A DNA stretch of 64,000 bases from Planctomycetaceae bacterium UBA7805 (GCA_002480485.1 DLCF01000131.1:10380-74379), one strand, 5' to 3'; shown: positions 9,501 through 18,725, counted from the first letter of the stretch. Notes: generated by a model not told the origin, from the sequence alone. A program made the numbers and translations.

Positions 9501-11947
9501 TTGATGTTTTTCCTCTTAATCCAGCCGGCAAAGTAGACCGCAGAGCGCTTCCTGAACCGGAGTCAATCCGCCCTGATCTCCGCGCTGAGTACGTTGCACC
9601 GCGGAATCCGGAAGAAGAAAAGATGGAAACAATCTGGTCCTCCGCACTGGGTCTCGATCAGGTGGGTATGAATGATAATTTCTTCGAGTTGGGTGGTGCC
9701 TCCATTCAAAGTCTTGAGATTGCGGATCGCGCGATTGAGGAAGGAATGGATCTAACCCCGGCGATGCTCTTCCAATATCCTACGATCGCGGAATTGGTTG
9801 TCGCCGCTGAAAAAGTAGACCGAGATGCGACCAAAGAAGCAGCAAGTAGGGAGCAGATTGAGCCGACAGAGGCAAAAGCAGTTCTCACTCGCCCGGAGGC
9901 AAAAAAACAACCGCGCAAGCCAGCGCGTCATGCAAACAACATGATTGAAAGCCTGGGGGTTTACTTGCCACCTGATGAGGTAACGACCAAGGATCTCATC
10001 AGCGACTGCAAAAAAAAGATGTGGTTTCCATTGGAGTACATGACCGGAATCAAATCCCGTCGCATGGCCGGAAAAGAGGAATTCAGCATTGATCTAGCGG
10101 TCAATGCAGTCCAGGAGTGTCTATCCTATTCCAAGTATGAAGCAGACCATATTGACCTCATTGTCTGTTGCAATATTACGCGTAGCGACGCACACCTGCA
10201 GATTACGATTGAACCCAACACTTCTCTGCAGTTGAAAAAACGTTGTGGTTTCGATAACGCCATGGTGTTTGATGTGACTAATGCCTGCGCGGGGATGTTC
10301 ACCGGCATGCAAATTGTCGACTCCTTCATATCAGCGGGAATCATTCGTAGAGGAATGGTTGTCAGTGGTGAATTTATCACAGGAATCACACGGACCGCAC
10401 AGTTTGAAATTACAGAATTTTTAGATCCTCGACTGGCATGTCTTACTGTAGGAGACGCCGGTGCGGCAATCATCATGGAGTCATCCGGAGGAACCGATGT
10501 CGGATTTCATGAACTCGACATGTATACGCTTGGTAAATTTGCGTGGATGTGCATTGGTCGTTTGACAGAGCAGCCACATGGTGGCGCTATCATGCATGTG
10601 CCCGATCCGATGGAGCACACATCGGTAGCGGTCCGATATTCGGTCACTCATGCCAAGCATACGTTGGATAATAGCCGTTATCGACCCGATCAGATTCAGC
10701 GTTTGATAATGCATCAGACGTCGGAAAGGTCACTGCTGGATGGTGCGAAAGCGATCAATAAAGCGTTCAAGAAAAAGGTGAGCACGAAAGAAAATACGAT
10801 TAACAATTTGGCTCATCGTGGCAATACTGCCAGCACCAGCCACATGGTCGCATTGTGGGATAACACGCTCAACGGAACGATTCAGTCGGGCGAGAATGTT
10901 GTTTTTGGTATTACTGGGTCCGGTCAAACTATCGGGACCGCGATCTATACGCTTGATGATCTTCCCGACCGCCTACGGGCAGCAAAAACTGACGGAAAAG
11001 TTCCGGAAAAAGTAAGTGATGAAATCGCCCTTACGCCTCTCAAGCCCCGCAATGTGCCTCGGGTCCGCATCGCATCGGTGGGAATTTTTCCCGAGCAAGA
11101 ACCGCTTTCCGAGGATTCGGTCGATACAGCGGTGCGGGCTGCCGAAATATGTTTGGCAAAAACATCTTATGATCGAACCGATATCGAGCTGCTGATTTTC
11201 GCCGGTATCACGCGGACTGCATATGTCTCCGAGCCTGCTCTTGCAGCGATGGTTACTGGCAAGATGAAAATGAACGACGTCATTGAAGACGAACTCGATA
11301 AAAAGACCTTCGCATTTGATGTGTATAACGGCGCAATGGGTTTTCTTAATGGATGCCAGATTGCTGCGGAAATGATTCGTGCCGGTAAATACCGCACGGC
11401 AATGGTGGTGACTTCAGAAGTGGAACTGAATCGAGAAATGCATCCGGATAAAGTATTGGGCCTTGTGGAAACTGGATCTGCAGTCTTGCTTGATACGACG
11501 GCAGAGAATCGTACAGGATTCAGCAATTTCTCTTTTCAATACGATTGCGAAAAGATGGATTTGCGTCGTGCGACAGGCGGTTACCTAGACGGTAAGCCCT
11601 GTTTAGACCTCCAGATTAATGAGCACCTTATTGATGCTTACCTGAAAATGATCCCGGCAGCAGTCGATAAGATCCTTGCAGAGGAGGGGCTTGATATTTC
11701 CGATATCGATTTTTTCCTTCCACCGCAGATCTCCCCGGCGATGAATAGCAAATTGCCGAACTTACTGGGCGTCGAGCCTCACCGTATTGTAGATGTTGCT
11801 CGCGAAGGTGCAGATTTGTTCACCTCCGCCTTACCGTATTCTTTGGAATATCTGCAGCGAGAGAAAAAATCCCACTCCGGCAAGATCGGTTTGATCATCC
11901 ACGTTGCATCAGGACTTCAGGTGGGATGTGCGGTCTATTATTTTTAA
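6581..11947 (+). CDS. NRPS module C-A(Gly)-PCP fused to two C-terminal OleA/FabH (KSIII/thiolase-fold) domains
   Basis: ATGA overlap with the PKS. C domain LSYGQRALWF...AHIASDFWS; A domain YVIFTSGSTGKPKG, FDIS, NMYGPTE, YKTGDL; specificity residues read as DILQLGMIWK (Gly); PCP FFELGGASI. KSIII-1 has DVTNACAG, MHQTS and GNTAST; KSIII-2 has DVYNGAMG, PPQIS and ASGLQVG. Confidence 0.93.
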   Translation: MSDVVKSTENQSAEQKRALLEKLLKEKAEQQAKTGSLSYGQRALWFMYQIDRNSSAYNIMYAAHVRSDVDVPALENAFQTLVMRHPVLRTTYQAVGGLPVQKVHPHVESKIVREDARDLDWETLNQNIEAEADRPFDLEQGPVFRLRIYERRGDSHVFLFTSAHIASDFWSFDLLFDELESLYQGEIVGTKVDLPTLSYDYWGFVKWQEEMLQSEQGHKLWDYWQDQLGGELPNLDLPTDRPRPAVQTYRGKSHTFQLPDRLANSIMELTRHEGATPFMTLLAAYQILLYRYSGQHDILVGSPTAGRNRAEFEQIFGYFLNPVVLRARLDPEMSFRQFLAQVKATVLDGLTYQDFPFPMLVERLQPPRDVSRSPLFQASFAWDKPRKLFQYERGEGNFSPPEDVSTLGLMPFALGQQGAAFDLTLMMLSMGDSLSAALQYNSDLFDDATISRMVGHFEMLLESIVANPEEKLAALPLLDREEETALIRQWNNTDAKYPDETLHQIFEHRVAQTPDAIAVQYGEDAITYRDLNERANQLANFIVQHGVAPETYVAIYLEPSPQMLVAILAIHKAGAAYVPLAPGTPLERIGMMLEESDAPLILTQQSLIDLLPETSAERVSLDQQWSSISKESKDNPGLPIEPSQLAYVIFTSGSTGKPKGVQIEHRSVVNFLDAMRNEPGMTERDTLLAVTTISFDISVLEIYLPLTTGATVALVSRQTASDGKQLATVLSERGITIMQATPATWRLLIEAGWQGDKKIKILCGGEAMPRDLAEQLIERSGSLWNMYGPTETTIWSAVSPVMSGTGAVPVGRPIANTQIYILDEKMHPVPVGVPGHLHIGGDGLARGYLRRPELTAEKFVEDPFCETNSGKIYKTGDLAKYRPDGVIEFLGRLDFQVKVQGHRIELGEIESQLNRHPSIRQSVVMARQTGSKIDDKQLVAYTLTDGESPNVSDLRDFLRTTLPDYMLPAIFMPLDVFPLNPAGKVDRRALPEPESIRPDLRAEYVAPRNPEEEKMETIWSSALGLDQVGMNDNFFELGGASIQSLEIADRAIEEGMDLTPAMLFQYPTIAELVVAAEKVDRDATKEAASREQIEPTEAKAVLTRPEAKKQPRKPARHANNMIESLGVYLPPDEVTTKDLISDCKKKMWFPLEYMTGIKSRRMAGKEEFSIDLAVNAVQECLSYSKYEADHIDLIVCCNITRSDAHLQITIEPNTSLQLKKRCGFDNAMVFDVTNACAGMFTGMQIVDSFISAGIIRRGMVVSGEFITGITRTAQFEITEFLDPRLACLTVGDAGAAIIMESSGGTDVGFHELDMYTLGKFAWMCIGRLTEQPHGGAIMHVPDPMEHTSVAVRYSVTHAKHTLDNSRYRPDQIQRLIMHQTSERSLLDGAKAINKAFKKKVSTKENTINNLAHRGNTASTSHMVALWDNTLNGTIQSGENVVFGITGSGQTIGTAIYTLDDLPDRLRAAKTDGKVPEKVSDEIALTPLKPRNVPRVRIASVGIFPEQEPLSEDSVDTAVRAAEICLAKTSYDRTDIELLIFAGITRTAYVSEPALAAMVTGKMKMNDVIEDELDKKTFAFDVYNGAMGFLNGCQIAAEMIRAGKYRTAMVVTSEVELNREMHPDKVLGLVETGSAVLLDTTAENRTGFSNFSFQYDCEKMDLRRATGGYLDGKPCLDLQINEHLIDAYLKMIPAAVDKILAEEGLDISDIDFFLPPQISPAMNSKLPNLLGVEPHRIVDVAREGADLFTSALPYSLEYLQREKKSHSGKIGLIIHVASGLQVGCAVYYF

Positions 11948-11991
11948 AAATTAAGTAACTTTCATATTAAAAAGGCTACAAGCATCGCGCC

Positions 11992-12423
11992 GTGAAATAT
12001 TCTCTCGCACATGCTTTCATTCGTTATCATCGCGGGCTAGGTAAAATGCCCCGGCGCTGGAAGCCTTGGCTGATGTCACTCTTGATGTCAAATATGATTG
12101 TGCCGTTATTCTTTTTGGCCAATCATCAAGAGGCGTGGGTCGTGCTCGGAACAGCCCTTGTGACCGGAGCTACCTTCATAGCGTTGACCGCCTATCGCGG
12201 TTTTTCACGATTACTCGGGTTTGGGCATTTGCCATGGATTCCGATGCTGGTGTATCTCATTGGAAGAGTGCCCGAGGCACAACAGCAATTTCCGGGCACT
12301 TGGTTTCTCTTTTGGCTGCAGGCGGTGATTGTGCTAGACATCGGATCTATAGTTCTTGATGCGGCCAATGTGGTGCGTTATTTCAGGGGCGAGCAAGATG
12401 AAATGGTCAAAGGCCTCTCCTGA
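11992..12423 (+). CDS. Small multi-pass membrane protein of unknown function within the cluster
   Basis: 143 aa with about 4 hydrophobic segments; GTG start; co-oriented between the NRPS and the PPTase. Confidence 0.7.
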   Translation: MKYSLAHAFIRYHRGLGKMPRRWKPWLMSLLMSNMIVPLFFLANHQEAWVVLGTALVTGATFIALTAYRGFSRLLGFGHLPWIPMLVYLIGRVPEAQQQFPGTWFLFWLQAVIVLDIGSIVLDAANVVRYFRGEQDEMVKGLS

Positions 12424-12458
12424 GCCGCACAATTTTTTGAGGGGAAAAAGTTGTTGCG

Positions 12459-13280
12459 ATGAAACAAGCCCCCGACATCCCAACCCATGCGATCGATATT
12501 TGGTATGCATATGCCGACAGGCTCATTGCTAGTGACTCGATTGAAAATCATCTTAAAGTGTTGAGTGATTCTGAAAAAAATCAACTCGGACGTTTTTCCT
12601 TAACGCGGGTTCGGGAGGAATCGCTTGCCTCGCGGCTTCTCACTCGCCACGCGTTGTCTTTTTATGCAGACGTCGCCCCAGAACGGTGGCAATTTGCAAA
12701 AGGCCCCCGTGGTAAACCCTACGTAGTTTCGCCATGGCAGGATTTTCATGCATTTAATTTATCCCACTCCGCAAATTTAGTAGTCTTTGCGATTGCACGG
12801 CATGGAACAGTTGGAGTCGATGTTGAGAGTATCGATCGGGCAACCACCGGGATTCCCCTAGCGCGACGTTTTTTTGCGTCGCAGGAAGTGGAACAACTAC
12901 TTGCTCTGCCGCCTGAAATGCAGCGAGAATCATTTCTGCAAATTTGGACATTGAAGGAGGCATACATTAAGGCAGTAGGTGATGGATTGGCGATGCCGTT
13001 GGATCGATTTTTTTTCGACCTAACTGCTGCCGGACCTGCCCAATTGCATGTTGGTGATGGCGGGCAAGCCGGTACCGAATGGCTTTTTACTCAGTTGCGC
13101 CTGCCTTCTCGACATCATATTGCGTTGGGAGTCACGCATCCGATGCTGACCAAAAAATCGAATAAACAGCAGATGTATGTGCGGGCTCGCGAATTTAAAT
13201 CAACACAGGCACCCATTACGTGTGCTGATGTCGTGTGTACCGAAAAGAACGCATGGTATTTTCACCAAGAAGCTAAGTGA
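12459..13280 (+). CDS. Sfp-type 4'-phosphopantetheinyl transferase
   Basis: Motifs GKP, FNLSHS, VGVDVE and WTLKEAYIKAVG. Confidence 0.93.
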   Translation: MKQAPDIPTHAIDIWYAYADRLIASDSIENHLKVLSDSEKNQLGRFSLTRVREESLASRLLTRHALSFYADVAPERWQFAKGPRGKPYVVSPWQDFHAFNLSHSANLVVFAIARHGTVGVDVESIDRATTGIPLARRFFASQEVEQLLALPPEMQRESFLQIWTLKEAYIKAVGDGLAMPLDRFFFDLTAAGPAQLHVGDGGQAGTEWLFTQLRLPSRHHIALGVTHPMLTKKSNKQQMYVRAREFKSTQAPITCADVVCTEKNAWYFHQEAK

Positions 13281-13429
13281 AAAAACGTCTGAAAGAGGGT
13301 CGTCTCTGGATTTGGCAAGTTATGGTGGGTGTATGTATTTGTGGCTCTCCCCGGCCGCTCTTTTGCTTGCTATGATAACGTTCCTTAGGATCAGCCGTGT
13401 CCGGATTGTACTTTTGGAGGTTTTTCAGA

Positions 13430-14104
13430 ATGACACAAGCGACTTTACAGCGAGTAATTATTTTTCTGGCGTGCCCTGTTGTTATAATCGCGAATCTTGT
13501 TGCTGAGGAGAAACCGGATCGCGAACTCGCCGATATAAAATCTGAACAGGTTTCAACCTGGAAGCCTCTTTTTGACGGGAAAACGCTTGATGGTTGGAGG
13601 GCGAGTGAAAATAAAGATTCCTGTCGCGTAGAAGACGGAGTCATCTGCGTCAATGGCCCGCGTAGCCATCTGTTTTATGTTGGGGAAGTAAACGATGGTG
13701 TTTTTAAAAATTTCGAACTGAAATGCAAAGTAAAAACATTGCCGAATTCAAATTCTGGAATCTATTTTCACACCGACTTTCAAGATGAAGGGTGGCCGGC
13801 AAAGGGTTATGAAGCGCAGGTGAACAACACTGGTGGTGATCCAAAAAAAACCGGTGGACTCTATGCCGTGCAGGACGTATTTGAGGCCCCGGCCAAAGAC
13901 AACGAGTGGTTTGATTACCACATCATCGTGAATGGAAAACGGATCATTGTGAAAATTAATGGCGAGACAACTGCGGACTATACCGAAGAGGATGACCTCA
14001 AACGAGAGGGGCGACGTCTCTCCAGCGGTACCTTTGCCCTGCAAGCGCATGATCCGGGAAGTAAAGTGTTTTACAAAGATGTTCGAGTGAAGGTTCTGCC
14101 GTGA
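13430..14104 (+). CDS. Secreted DUF1080 (3-keto-disaccharide hydrolase family) protein
   Basis: Motifs LFDGKTLDGW, NSGIYF, YEAQV and ALQAHD. ATG 13430 chosen because GGAGG lies at 13416-13420 and a signal-like N-terminus follows. Confidence 0.88.
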   Translation: MTQATLQRVIIFLACPVVIIANLVAEEKPDRELADIKSEQVSTWKPLFDGKTLDGWRASENKDSCRVEDGVICVNGPRSHLFYVGEVNDGVFKNFELKCKVKTLPNSNSGIYFHTDFQDEGWPAKGYEAQVNNTGGDPKKTGGLYAVQDVFEAPAKDNEWFDYHIIVNGKRIIVKINGETTADYTEEDDLKREGRRLSSGTFALQAHDPGSKVFYKDVRVKVLP

Positions 14105-14967
14105 CGGCGATGCTTTTAGATGGAAAGGCTGTTGCCGCGTCGATTCGATCTGAAATCGCGGATGCAACTTCCGAGTTTATTGCCACACGCGGGGTCACAC
14201 CTAAACTGGCGGCTGTGCTGGTTGGTGAGAACCCAGCCAGTCAGGTCTACGTCCGTAATAAACAGCGTGCCTGCGATGCTGCGGGCATCGGCAGTGATCT
14301 ACACCGGTTGACGGCTGATTGCGGTGAATCGGAACTTCTTCGCTTAGTAACCACGTTGAATCATGACCCTTCAGTGCACGGAATTCTGGTTCAACTGCCA
14401 CTTCCAGATTCGATTCAAAGCCAGAGAATTTTGCAAGCTATTGATCCCAATAAGGATGTGGATGCTTTTCACCCAGAAAATGTTGGCAGGTTGGTTCAAG
14501 GCAAGCCAAGGTTTGTTCCATGCACGCCCCAAGGAATTCAGCAGCTTCTCATTCGCCAGAAAATAGAGACATCGGGTCGTCGAGTAGTGGTGATCGGTCG
14601 CAGCGATATTGTAGGTAAACCGATTGCTTGCATGCTCGGCAATCGTGGTGTTGGTGGTGATGCAACCGTGACTCTTTGCCACAGTAGGACGATAAATCTG
14701 AACGCCATCGCCCGCCAGGCCGAGATTTTAATTGTGGCGATTGGGCGACCACAATTTGTGGGGGCGGACATGGTTAAACCAGGTGCGGTCGTTATCGACG
14801 TGGGCATCCATCGCACTGACGAGGGTCTGGTTGGCGACGTCGATTTTGATGCAGTGGCTCCATTGGCAAGCGCGATCACCCCTGTTCCCGGCGGTGTGGG
14901 GCCACTGACAGTCGCAATGCTTTTGCAGAATACTTTGCGGGCCGCGCAATTAGCAAATTCTGAATAG
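14101..14967 (+). CDS. folD: Bifunctional methylenetetrahydrofolate dehydrogenase/cyclohydrolase
   Basis: Motifs YVRNK, GILVQLPLP, KDVDAFHP, PCTP, GRSDIVGKP and TPVPGGVGPLT. Confidence 0.97.
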   Translation: MTAMLLDGKAVAASIRSEIADATSEFIATRGVTPKLAAVLVGENPASQVYVRNKQRACDAAGIGSDLHRLTADCGESELLRLVTTLNHDPSVHGILVQLPLPDSIQSQRILQAIDPNKDVDAFHPENVGRLVQGKPRFVPCTPQGIQQLLIRQKIETSGRRVVVIGRSDIVGKPIACMLGNRGVGGDATVTLCHSRTINLNAIARQAEILIVAIGRPQFVGADMVKPGAVVIDVGIHRTDEGLVGDVDFDAVAPLASAITPVPGGVGPLTVAMLLQNTLRAAQLANSE

Positions 14968-15143
14968 CTGGCGGTGCTGGCACACTGCAACGGTATCCTA
15001 AAGTTCGGATCTTGTTTTATAGTTCAGCCGGTGTTTTGTCCGATAGGCAAATTGTTGCAACCGTTTTGCGGAATAACCTGATTGCATATCACGTCCGATG
15101 GACATGTGGTGCAACATGTTTTCACCACCTGTGGTATTCGGGA

Positions 15144-15587
15144 ATGCGAACGACATTTCGAATTCAAAAATTTGGAGACTGTTGCTGTTTGACTTTGATT
15201 TCTCTAGCGCTCTGTGGTTGTGCTTTTAAGGAGGATCGGTCGTCGTTTGTCAGTTCCAGCCACACGTGTCGCACAGACCACAAAATACGAAGAGCAGATG
15301 TGGTGAAATCGAAACCAACGATTTGGAACCATGTTCCTTGGTCAACGCAGAAGTATCAAAACAAAGAGAAAATGAGCGCTGTAGCGAAGGGGAATCTTGC
15401 CAGCGGTACGCCTCGACACGCGGTGGCACCAAGAAAAAAAGCTTTTCCTGCTAGTCGTGGCGAGAGAAAAGTCGTGCAACGGGTGGCTTGGGAGACCATG
15501 CACACAACTCCCGATCGTGCAAGAGTAACGGGCGAATCTGAATTTATCCCGATAAGCCGCTTGCCCACCAAGAGTGCATGGCGTTAA
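15144..15587 (+). CDS. Hypothetical protein, possible lipoprotein
   Basis: Fills the gap between folD and the convergent PDZ gene. From ATG 15144 the N-terminus ends in lipobox-like LALCGC. No recognisable domain. Confidence 0.4.
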   Translation: MRTTFRIQKFGDCCCLTLISLALCGCAFKEDRSSFVSSSHTCRTDHKIRRADVVKSKPTIWNHVPWSTQKYQNKEKMSAVAKGNLASGTPRHAVAPRKKAFPASRGERKVVQRVAWETMHTTPDRARVTGESEFIPISRLPTKSAWR

Positions 15588-15604
15588 TTGCTTTACCGTG
15601 GTGA

Positions 15605-16438
15605 CTACTCCGGTGATTCCTCCACCGGCACAAGTTCGCTGGGTAACTCTACACTAGGCAACGGAATCTCCGCCTGCGGAAACTTTGTCTGGTTATCTTC
15701 TTCGGCATTCAATTCGGGTGGTGCCGGAGGTGTAGCGGGTGTGTTCCCTAGAAGTCCCTCAGCCAGGGGCAACAATGCCTGCCCCCAGCGGTTGAGATTG
15801 CGGCCATCCATTTCCCATCGCTGCCCTTCTCGTTCTACAAGGAACCGCGGCGGGCCGCCCCCATCGCGCCGGAGTGTGATTTGAAAATTATTGGGTAGAT
15901 TTGAAAGGAGACCCTCTACTCCAATTCCGTTTCCGACGTTCGCATCGTCAGCACCGGCGACCGGCCCTAGTTGATTAAGCAAGGCCTGTAAAAAAGGTCG
16001 GGCGGTTTTGGCTGCTTCTTGCGGCACCGGTTTTGCGACCTGTCTACGAGCAACAGGCTGCACGAAAACGTGCTGTTTGCGACCATTCCGTAGAAATTCA
16101 ATCTTGAGTCTGGGTCTACTTGATTGCCCGATCACTCTTGACAAATCGCGTGGCCTCGTGAGAGTTCTGTTTTCGACCGTGAGCAGCAGATCGTTCGCCC
16201 GCAAACCGGATTTCGCAGCTGGACTGTCGGGTGCAACATTTCGCACGACAATTCCTTTATTTTTTGGCAGCATTAGTTGAGCCCGTAGCGCGGGACTCGC
16301 CTGATTTGTAGTGATACCGATCCACCGCCCGCCCTGTCGCTGCGAGGGACCATCGGCTTGTTCGGCCCGTGAGATATCAGCGACAAGTAGTGTTGGTACC
16401 AGCACCAGTGTGGTGAGTGGGGTGAGGAGACGGTTCAT
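15605..16438 (-). CDS. Secreted PDZ-domain protein
   Basis: Signal peptide; PDZ signature WIGI...GIVVRNVAPDSPAAKSGLRANDLLLTV; Pro/Glu-rich tail. Confidence 0.8.
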   Translation of the reverse strand: MNRLLTPLTTLVLVPTLLVADISRAEQADGPSQRQGGRWIGITTNQASPALRAQLMLPKNKGIVVRNVAPDSPAAKSGLRANDLLLTVENRTLTRPRDLSRVIGQSSRPRLKIEFLRNGRKQHVFVQPVARRQVAKPVPQEAAKTARPFLQALLNQLGPVAGADDANVGNGIGVEGLLSNLPNNFQITLRRDGGGPPRFLVEREGQRWEMDGRNLNRWGQALLPLAEGLLGNTPATPPAPPELNAEEDNQTKFPQAEIPLPSVELPSELVPVEESPE

Positions 16439-16574
16439 AATTCTGACCCTTTAAATTTTTGTAATCACTCGACAGCATTCGTGTCATTCTTTGGATATGC
16501 GATTATATTTCCGAGGGCTGCTTCAGTATTTTCGTAAGGTTCGACGGAAAGGTCAATGATTTGAGATCACAACT

Positions 16575-18725
16575 TTAGATCGGATTGGTTTCATTCCGCT
16601 GTCGCGACCGCTCCATCAGTACTTGCTGCACACCGATATTCGCAGCACCTTCGATATTATTCTTGGGCCACCGCTGGACATAAGTGCCGTCCGGCAGCAT
16701 ATCCCATGCTTGTCGCTGATCAGCAAGTGATAGCTGTAGGATCTCCCAGAGCCGCTCGCGGAACTGCCGAGAATCCACCGGCGTGATTGCCTCGACACGC
16801 GATTCCAGATTGCGGACCATCCAATCGGCCGATCCGGTGAAAAACAGGCCGTTAACAGGATCGTTTGCTCCATTTTGAAAGTAAAAAATTCTCGAATGTT
16901 CCAGGAATCGCCCAATGATAGAAATCACTCGAATGGTCGGGCTAAGTCCAGGAACCCCCGGGCGAAGCACGCTGAAACCACGAATGATAAGATCAATTTT
17001 CAGGCCCGACTGCGAAGCACGGTAGAGTGCCTCGCAAATATCAGGATCCTGAATCTGATTCATTTTTGCGATAATGCGCGCCGGTTTGCCCACCTCATGG
17101 GCACGTTGCTCACCTTCAATCATCTCCAGGAACTGCTCTTTCATATTGACCGGTGCAACGAGCAGCTGTTCATAATCATATTTGATCGATCGACCAGTGA
17201 GGGAATGGAACAGCTCGACAACATCTTCAGTGATCTCCGGACGGCAGGTAAAGAGCCCCAAATCGGTATATAGCTTTGCGGTTTGTGGGTTGTAATTGCC
17301 ACTGCCAATGTGCGCGTAACTTCGAAGACCATCCGGCTCTCTACGAACCACAATCATTGTTTTACTGTGAGTTTTAACCCCCGCCAATCCGTAAACAACA
17401 TGCACCCCCGCGTCTTCCAAAGCATTTGCCCACCGAATATTTCGATGTTCATCAAAACGCGCCTTCAATTCCACAAGGCACGCCACCTGTTTTCCCCTCT
17501 CGGCCGCTTGAATCAAAAGCGGGAGGAACGGACTGTCTTCACTGGTACGATACACGGCCATCTTGATGGCAAGCACATTCTCATCTTCAACCGCCGCCCG
17601 AACAAACCGGGAGACTGAAGCATCAAAACTTTCATAAGGATGGTGAACCATCACATCCCCTGATCGAATCAGAGCAAAGATGTCGGCGTCATTAGCGACC
17701 AAAGACGAGGGGACCGTGGGACTCCAGGGCGTGTAATGCAAATCGGGAAAATCAAGAGATGCAATCTGATTGAAATCAACATAGTCATAACTGTCCGGCA
17801 TCTCGTAGACCTGCTCAGGTGGCAGCTCTAATTGTTCGACCACGGTGTCAAGGAGCCAGCGATCGTCTGTGGGACTATGTTCCAGTCGAACGACTCGCTG
17901 TAATCGCCGCTGCCGAACTTCTTCTGTGACGAGCTCGAGAAGATCATCGCTGTCTTCATCGTCGTAATCTATTTCAGCACTACGTGTCACCCGGAGCGTC
18001 ATTACATTCTGTATCGTCATTCCGGGAAACAAGAAAGATAGATTGTGAAAGATAATGGTTCTCAAGTCGATAAACCGTCGCGATCCGGTGGGACCGGCAT
18101 CCAGCTCTATCCACTGTGGTAACAATTTTGGAACTTTCACTCGCGCAAATAATCGCTCCTCTGTTAGAGGGTTACGCAGCCGAATCGCGAGGGAAAGCGA
18201 GAGGTTCGACATGAAGGGAAATGGGTGGCTATGGTCTACCGATTGGGGCGTGAGAATCGGAAACACACTATTCTGGAAATGGCTGTTTGCTTGATCGCGT
18301 TCGGTGTCGGTCAGATCATTCCAGTCCAGCAGCTGAATATTATTCTCTGCAAGTTGTGGAAGGATCTGGTCCCTCAGACAATTCGCGCGATCACTTACCA
18401 TTGGCACCACCATGTCGTGGATGGCTTTGAGCCGTTGCACGAGCGGTTCGCGATCGCCATGCGGTTGTGAATCTTTCTCAGACTGCCGATGCATCACCGC
18501 CCCAATCCGCTTCATGAAAAACTCATCTAAGTTGGTCGTGAAAATCTTCAAAAATTGAAGTCTTTCCAGTAGCGGCGTACGGGAGTCGAGTGCCTCATGT
18601 AAGACTCTTCGATTAAATTCGAGCCAACTGAGATCACGGTCCACGTATCGAGATACAGATTCTTCCCGTGAGGCATCGGATTTTTCTGCTTGCGCATCAT
18701 TCTCTGTTTGAAGGTCATCTTTCAT
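16575..18725 (-). CDS. ppk1: Polyphosphate kinase 1
   Basis: Motifs RDLSWLEFNRRVL, HPFPF, HHPYESF, ELKARFDE and GRFLEHSRI. Start placed at ATG 18725; the ORF extends upstream to 18863. Confidence 0.96.
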   Translation of the reverse strand: MKDDLQTENDAQAEKSDASREESVSRYVDRDLSWLEFNRRVLHEALDSRTPLLERLQFLKIFTTNLDEFFMKRIGAVMHRQSEKDSQPHGDREPLVQRLKAIHDMVVPMVSDRANCLRDQILPQLAENNIQLLDWNDLTDTERDQANSHFQNSVFPILTPQSVDHSHPFPFMSNLSLSLAIRLRNPLTEERLFARVKVPKLLPQWIELDAGPTGSRRFIDLRTIIFHNLSFLFPGMTIQNVMTLRVTRSAEIDYDDEDSDDLLELVTEEVRQRRLQRVVRLEHSPTDDRWLLDTVVEQLELPPEQVYEMPDSYDYVDFNQIASLDFPDLHYTPWSPTVPSSLVANDADIFALIRSGDVMVHHPYESFDASVSRFVRAAVEDENVLAIKMAVYRTSEDSPFLPLLIQAAERGKQVACLVELKARFDEHRNIRWANALEDAGVHVVYGLAGVKTHSKTMIVVRREPDGLRSYAHIGSGNYNPQTAKLYTDLGLFTCRPEITEDVVELFHSLTGRSIKYDYEQLLVAPVNMKEQFLEMIEGEQRAHEVGKPARIIAKMNQIQDPDICEALYRASQSGLKIDLIIRGFSVLRPGVPGLSPTIRVISIIGRFLEHSRIFYFQNGANDPVNGLFFTGSADWMVRNLESRVEAITPVDSRQFRERLWEILQLSLADQRQAWDMLPDGTYVQRWPKNNIEGAANIGVQQVLMERSRQRNETNPI

